Shown: piece after piece, positions 59,190-64,000 of the stretch | How the letters are laid out: each line of letters opens with the position of its first letter | Numbering within the stretch: position 1 is the first letter of the stretch | DNA from: an uncultured delta proteobacterium | GTDB taxonomy: Bacteria; Myxococcota_A; Polyangia; Fen-1088 | Direction of reading: 5' to 3' | NCBI GenBank assembly: GCA_963755125.1 | Contig: CAVWIP010000001.1 | Span: forward strand, 283,001 to 347,000 | DNA: 64,000 nt | Made by a program: the position numbers and the translations under genes | Notes under the pieces: model-generated | Told to the model about the DNA's origin: nothing | The model's input: the letters and a program-made list of their open reading frames with translations, nothing else | The model's database searches: none

Positions 59190-60023
59190 GTGAACCGGCT
59201 GGTTGCCTACATCGGGAATGACCCGGACCGTGTAGCGTGTGCGCTCTATCCTGGGCGTCATGCGCTGCGCGCGTTCTCCGCGGGGTCGGCGGCAGATTGG
59301 GGTCTTGGTTTCGTCCAAGCGGGTGACGTGCTTCTGCAAAAGCGATCGCGCAGCAGCACAGCCCAGGTGGATTTCTTCGATCTGGCTTCAGACCTGCGCG
59401 CCGACGCCCTGCTGGGGCGTGCCACGCAGGGCGAGGGAGCGCGAGCCGCAGCCACTGCCGACCCATTTCGTTTTCGCTACTGGCTCTTCGGCGCTGTGGG
59501 CGAATTCGGTGAATTCTCGCAGATCCGCGGGCGATTGCTCGACAGCATTCCCGAGTTCCTACGTCGCAACATCCGAGGACCTTCGCCCAGCGAACAGGTC
59601 TTTCACCTCTTCCTGGCCTTCCTTCACGACGCCGGTCTGCTTGAAACGCTGTCGGCAGAGCCCGAATCGACCCATCGTGCGCTCGACGAAAGCATCGCCT
59701 TCGTTGATCGCCTGCTGGCGGCTTCGGGCGCAGCGTCTACCAGGCTGGCTGTCATGGCGACCAACGGCCGCTGTCTGGTGGCCCTCTCACATGGCCATCC
59801 GGTCCAATACCTAGAGGTCCGCGGCATTCCAGCCTGTCCCGTCTGCCGCAGCAGACAATCCGACCAGGTGCACGACCGCGCCGTCTCCCATGAACAACTG
59901 AGGGCCGTGATCATCGAAGCTGACCATCAGGCCGAAACACACACTGGCTGGCGCCAGATTCCGGCTGGAGGCGCTCTCTTAGTCGGACCGCAACTCAACC
60001 TGCAGCCGATATCGCCCCGGTGA
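59190..60023 (+). CDS. Class II glutamine amidotransferase-like protein lacking the N-terminal Cys
   Basis: GTG start gives MNRLVAY, then WGLGF, PFRFRYWLF, PEFLRRNIRG..SEQVFHLFL, ATNGR. Confidence 0.75.
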   Translation: MNRLVAYIGNDPDRVACALYPGRHALRAFSAGSAADWGLGFVQAGDVLLQKRSRSSTAQVDFFDLASDLRADALLGRATQGEGARAAATADPFRFRYWLFGAVGEFGEFSQIRGRLLDSIPEFLRRNIRGPSPSEQVFHLFLAFLHDAGLLETLSAEPESTHRALDESIAFVDRLLAASGAASTRLAVMATNGRCLVALSHGHPVQYLEVRGIPACPVCRSRQSDQVHDRAVSHEQLRAVIIEADHQAETHTGWRQIPAGGALLVGPQLNLQPISPR

Positions 60024-60053
60024 GCCGGGGCGGCGTCCGCTTGATGATCGCAC

Positions 60054-61790
<1,737 letters not shown>

Positions 61791-62073
61791 GAGAATCCTT
61801 TTGCTGCTCGCCGCTGCCCGACCCTCGCGGGTCGTCTAGTCCAAGCTGTCCGGTTGCCCCATCTGAACGGCTCGGCGCTTGTTGTCAATATCGAACACTC
61901 CGACCATCGGAGTGGCGAAGGGCGGCGAAAACTACCGCTCCGACAGGAACCTGTCAACGTGCGCTGCGACCGGGGGACCGGCTGCCCTTCCGGCGCGGTG
62001 TCCGCCACGTGTGCAGCAGCGAGAGCCGAAATGCCCAGCAAGGAGCGGCACAAAAAGGAATGGTTGCTCTGGA

Positions 62074-62757
62074 TCAGCCACCGCGCTCGCGCACTAGGGC
62101 AGCCATGCGTCCCACCACTTCTTCGGGCGTCAGGCTAGCAGTATCAATCTCGATGGCGTCCTCCGCACGTCGTAACGGCGCGATGGCCCTCGTGCTGTCG
62201 CGCTGGTCACGAAGCCGCATCTCCGCCAGCACAACGTCAAAGTCCTGGGGTCTCCCGCTCGCCGCCAGTTCCGCGGCTCGGCGCCGCGCTCGCTCCTCGA
62301 TGGGCGCCGTGAGGAAGAACTTAGCGCGGGCGTCGGGAAACACGACGGTGCCCATGTCCCTGCCCTCCGCCACGACGCGGCCGCTGGCGCCGATTCGGCG
62401 TTGCAGCGCGAGTAGACCCGCGCGCACCTCATTGAAAGCCGACACCTGCGAAGCGCCCTCAGAGATCTCCGGTCGACGAATCTCCTCAGTGACGTCCTCG
62501 CCGTCGACCGTGATGCGATTGGCATCATCGCGGCCGTCGAATCGAATGTCGAGATCGTGTATGAATTGGCCGAGTCCGCGACCATCGGACCAGGCAATGC
62601 CCCGGCGACGCGCCGCCCACGCACCGGCGCGATACAGGGCGCCCGAATCCAGAAACGTGTACCCGAGTCGCCGCGCGAGGGTCTTTGCTACGGTGGATTT
62701 GCCGGCCCCGGCGGGGCCATCGATGGCAACAACAAATGAACCGGCCTGTGCGGACAT
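62074..62757 (-). CDS. cmk: Cytidylate kinase
   Basis: AIDGPAGAGKST, DSGALYRA, EGRDMGTVVFPDA, RDQRD..RAIAPL. Confidence 0.97.
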   Translation of the reverse strand: MSAQAGSFVVAIDGPAGAGKSTVAKTLARRLGYTFLDSGALYRAGAWAARRRGIAWSDGRGLGQFIHDLDIRFDGRDDANRITVDGEDVTEEIRRPEISEGASQVSAFNEVRAGLLALQRRIGASGRVVAEGRDMGTVVFPDARAKFFLTAPIEERARRRAAELAASGRPQDFDVVLAEMRLRDQRDSTRAIAPLRRAEDAIEIDTASLTPEEVVGRMAALVRERGG

Positions 62758-62832
62758 CAGCCGGGCCAAGTTAGCAGCCCTGCCGGACAAAGGCCACCTT
62801 GGGTGCCTGCAGCAATCTGATAGACTGCATCT

Positions 62833-63738
62833 GTGAAGCTTTTGCCGTCCCTGATCCTGGTTCTTGGCAGCGTTGCGTGCGCGGGGCGGGGTCAGCCGCC
62901 CGAGACGCCCTGGGTTCCCGACCCAGTCCCCGACTTAGGTTCGGTGATCGCGCACGTCGGCTCAGTCCCAATCTATGCGCGCGAGGTGGAGGCGCAGATG
63001 GTCCGCTCTGGGGGCACACCGCGCGAGGCTCTGGATGAGCTGGTTTCTTTGCACCTGCTGTCCGAGGAGGCCCATCGCAAGAACCGGTTTCTGCCCGACT
63101 GGCTGGATCCTGAACTGAGGAGCGCATTGGCCGAGCGTCTGATCGATCGTGATATCTGGCCGCAGATTCAGAGAGACAGCCTGCCAGACCAGGAACTGCA
63201 CACCATCTACCAAGGCGCCATCAGCACGTTCGTGCACCCTCGTCTAGTTGATGCCGGTTTTCTCATCGTGTTCACGGGATCTCGCATGAAGGCAAAGGCG
63301 CGGGCCGAGCGGACGGAAGCCGCCAGGGCTCTCGCAGCCACCGTGGCCGCGCGGCGCATCCACGGCCCTGAAGACTTCCAGGCCATCGCGAACGACCCCG
63401 CCTGGGCAGCCCGCCACGTCAGCTACCGACGGAATCTTCAAAGCCCGGACCAGCCATTCTCGCGCAAGGTTGGTGCAGAGGTTGTCAAGTTGAAGGCCGC
63501 TGGCGAAACCACACCGCTCATCGAGGATGACGACGGGTTCTTCATCGCAACCTACGCGGGGGAGCGACCGGCTGCGGACATACCTTTCGCGCAAATTCGA
63601 GAGGAACTACGCCAGCGCTACTACGACCGTTGGCGTGCGCAGCGACTCGATGAACTTGCCAGAAAGCTGGCCGAAGGCCATCGGGTGGAGAGTCACCCGC
63701 AGTTGCTCAACCAGGGCGCGGCCGGGCGCGGATCCTAG
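62833..63738 (+). CDS. SurA/PrsA-like parvulin-domain lipoprotein
   Basis: SVAC lipobox, VIAHVGSVPI, ALDELV..LL..EA, GETTPLIEDDDGF, PFAQIREEL. Confidence 0.75.
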   Translation: MKLLPSLILVLGSVACAGRGQPPETPWVPDPVPDLGSVIAHVGSVPIYAREVEAQMVRSGGTPREALDELVSLHLLSEEAHRKNRFLPDWLDPELRSALAERLIDRDIWPQIQRDSLPDQELHTIYQGAISTFVHPRLVDAGFLIVFTGSRMKAKARAERTEAARALAATVAARRIHGPEDFQAIANDPAWAARHVSYRRNLQSPDQPFSRKVGAEVVKLKAAGETTPLIEDDDGFFIATYAGERPAADIPFAQIREELRQRYYDRWRAQRLDELARKLAEGHRVESHPQLLNQGAAGRGS

Positions 63739-63959
63739 CTTTTGCGAAAGCGCGAAAGTGAGGCGGGCAAACTGGCGAGATCAGGGAAGGTCTTGTCCGG
63801 GTGGAGTTGCTTGGCGCGCGCCAGAAGGACTTCCTCGGTCTCCGGGTTGTTCGGATCGGGAACGCAGCATTCCACCGGGCACACCGCCTGGCAGGCCTCG
63901 TGGTCGAAGAACCCGACGCACTCACTGCACTTCTTCGCATCGATCAGGTAGATGCTGTC
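63735..63959 (-). pseudogene. YfhL-family 4Fe-4S dicluster ferredoxin, C-terminal part only (5' end missing or interrupted)
   Basis: Manual translation DSIYLIDAKKCSECVGFFDHEACQAVCPVECCVPDPNNPETEEVLLARAKQLHP... The in-frame upstream sequence (LCLCLTLIRRACC) does not resemble the expected CxxCxxCxxxCP N-terminal half. Confidence 0.8.
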
Positions 63960-64000
63960 ACAGCAAGCACGACGAATCAGTGTCAGACATAAACATAACA

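Overview
High-GC (roughly two-thirds G+C by eye) bacterial chromosomal segment, most likely from a myxobacterium (Myxococcota; inferred from a tgl-like pilotin next to recO, many Cys-rich lipoproteins, and a Pkn-type Ser/Thr kinase). It is mostly core genes: gmd, a polyprenol-phosphate glycosyltransferase, tmk, rel, gmk, yicC, polA, tamB/tamA-like, argS-SPOR, ppdK, an alpha2-type glyQS, recO, queE, rpsA and cmk. I found no CRISPR array, tRNA/rRNA, transposase or prophage. Main non-obvious observations: (1) a 28-bp dif-like XerC/XerD site at 11579-11606, with gene orientation converging on it, so this is probably the replication terminus; (2) a fusion scar of two truncated genes at ~2541; (3) a G10 tract inside the polyprenol-phosphate glycosyltransferase, within a possible gmd/GT2/GT-C surface-glycosylation locus; (4) a 55-aa basic ORF behind rel that the ORF track missed; (5) several apparently catalytically degenerate enzymes (hybrid His kinase, Ser/Thr kinase, class II amidotransferase, parvulin); (6) an alpha2 GlyRS with an ~80-aa insertion between recO and ppdK; (7) a YfhL-type ferredoxin broken by lower-GC sequence in the last 40 bp. 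All family assignments come from motifs recognised by eye; no database search was run.
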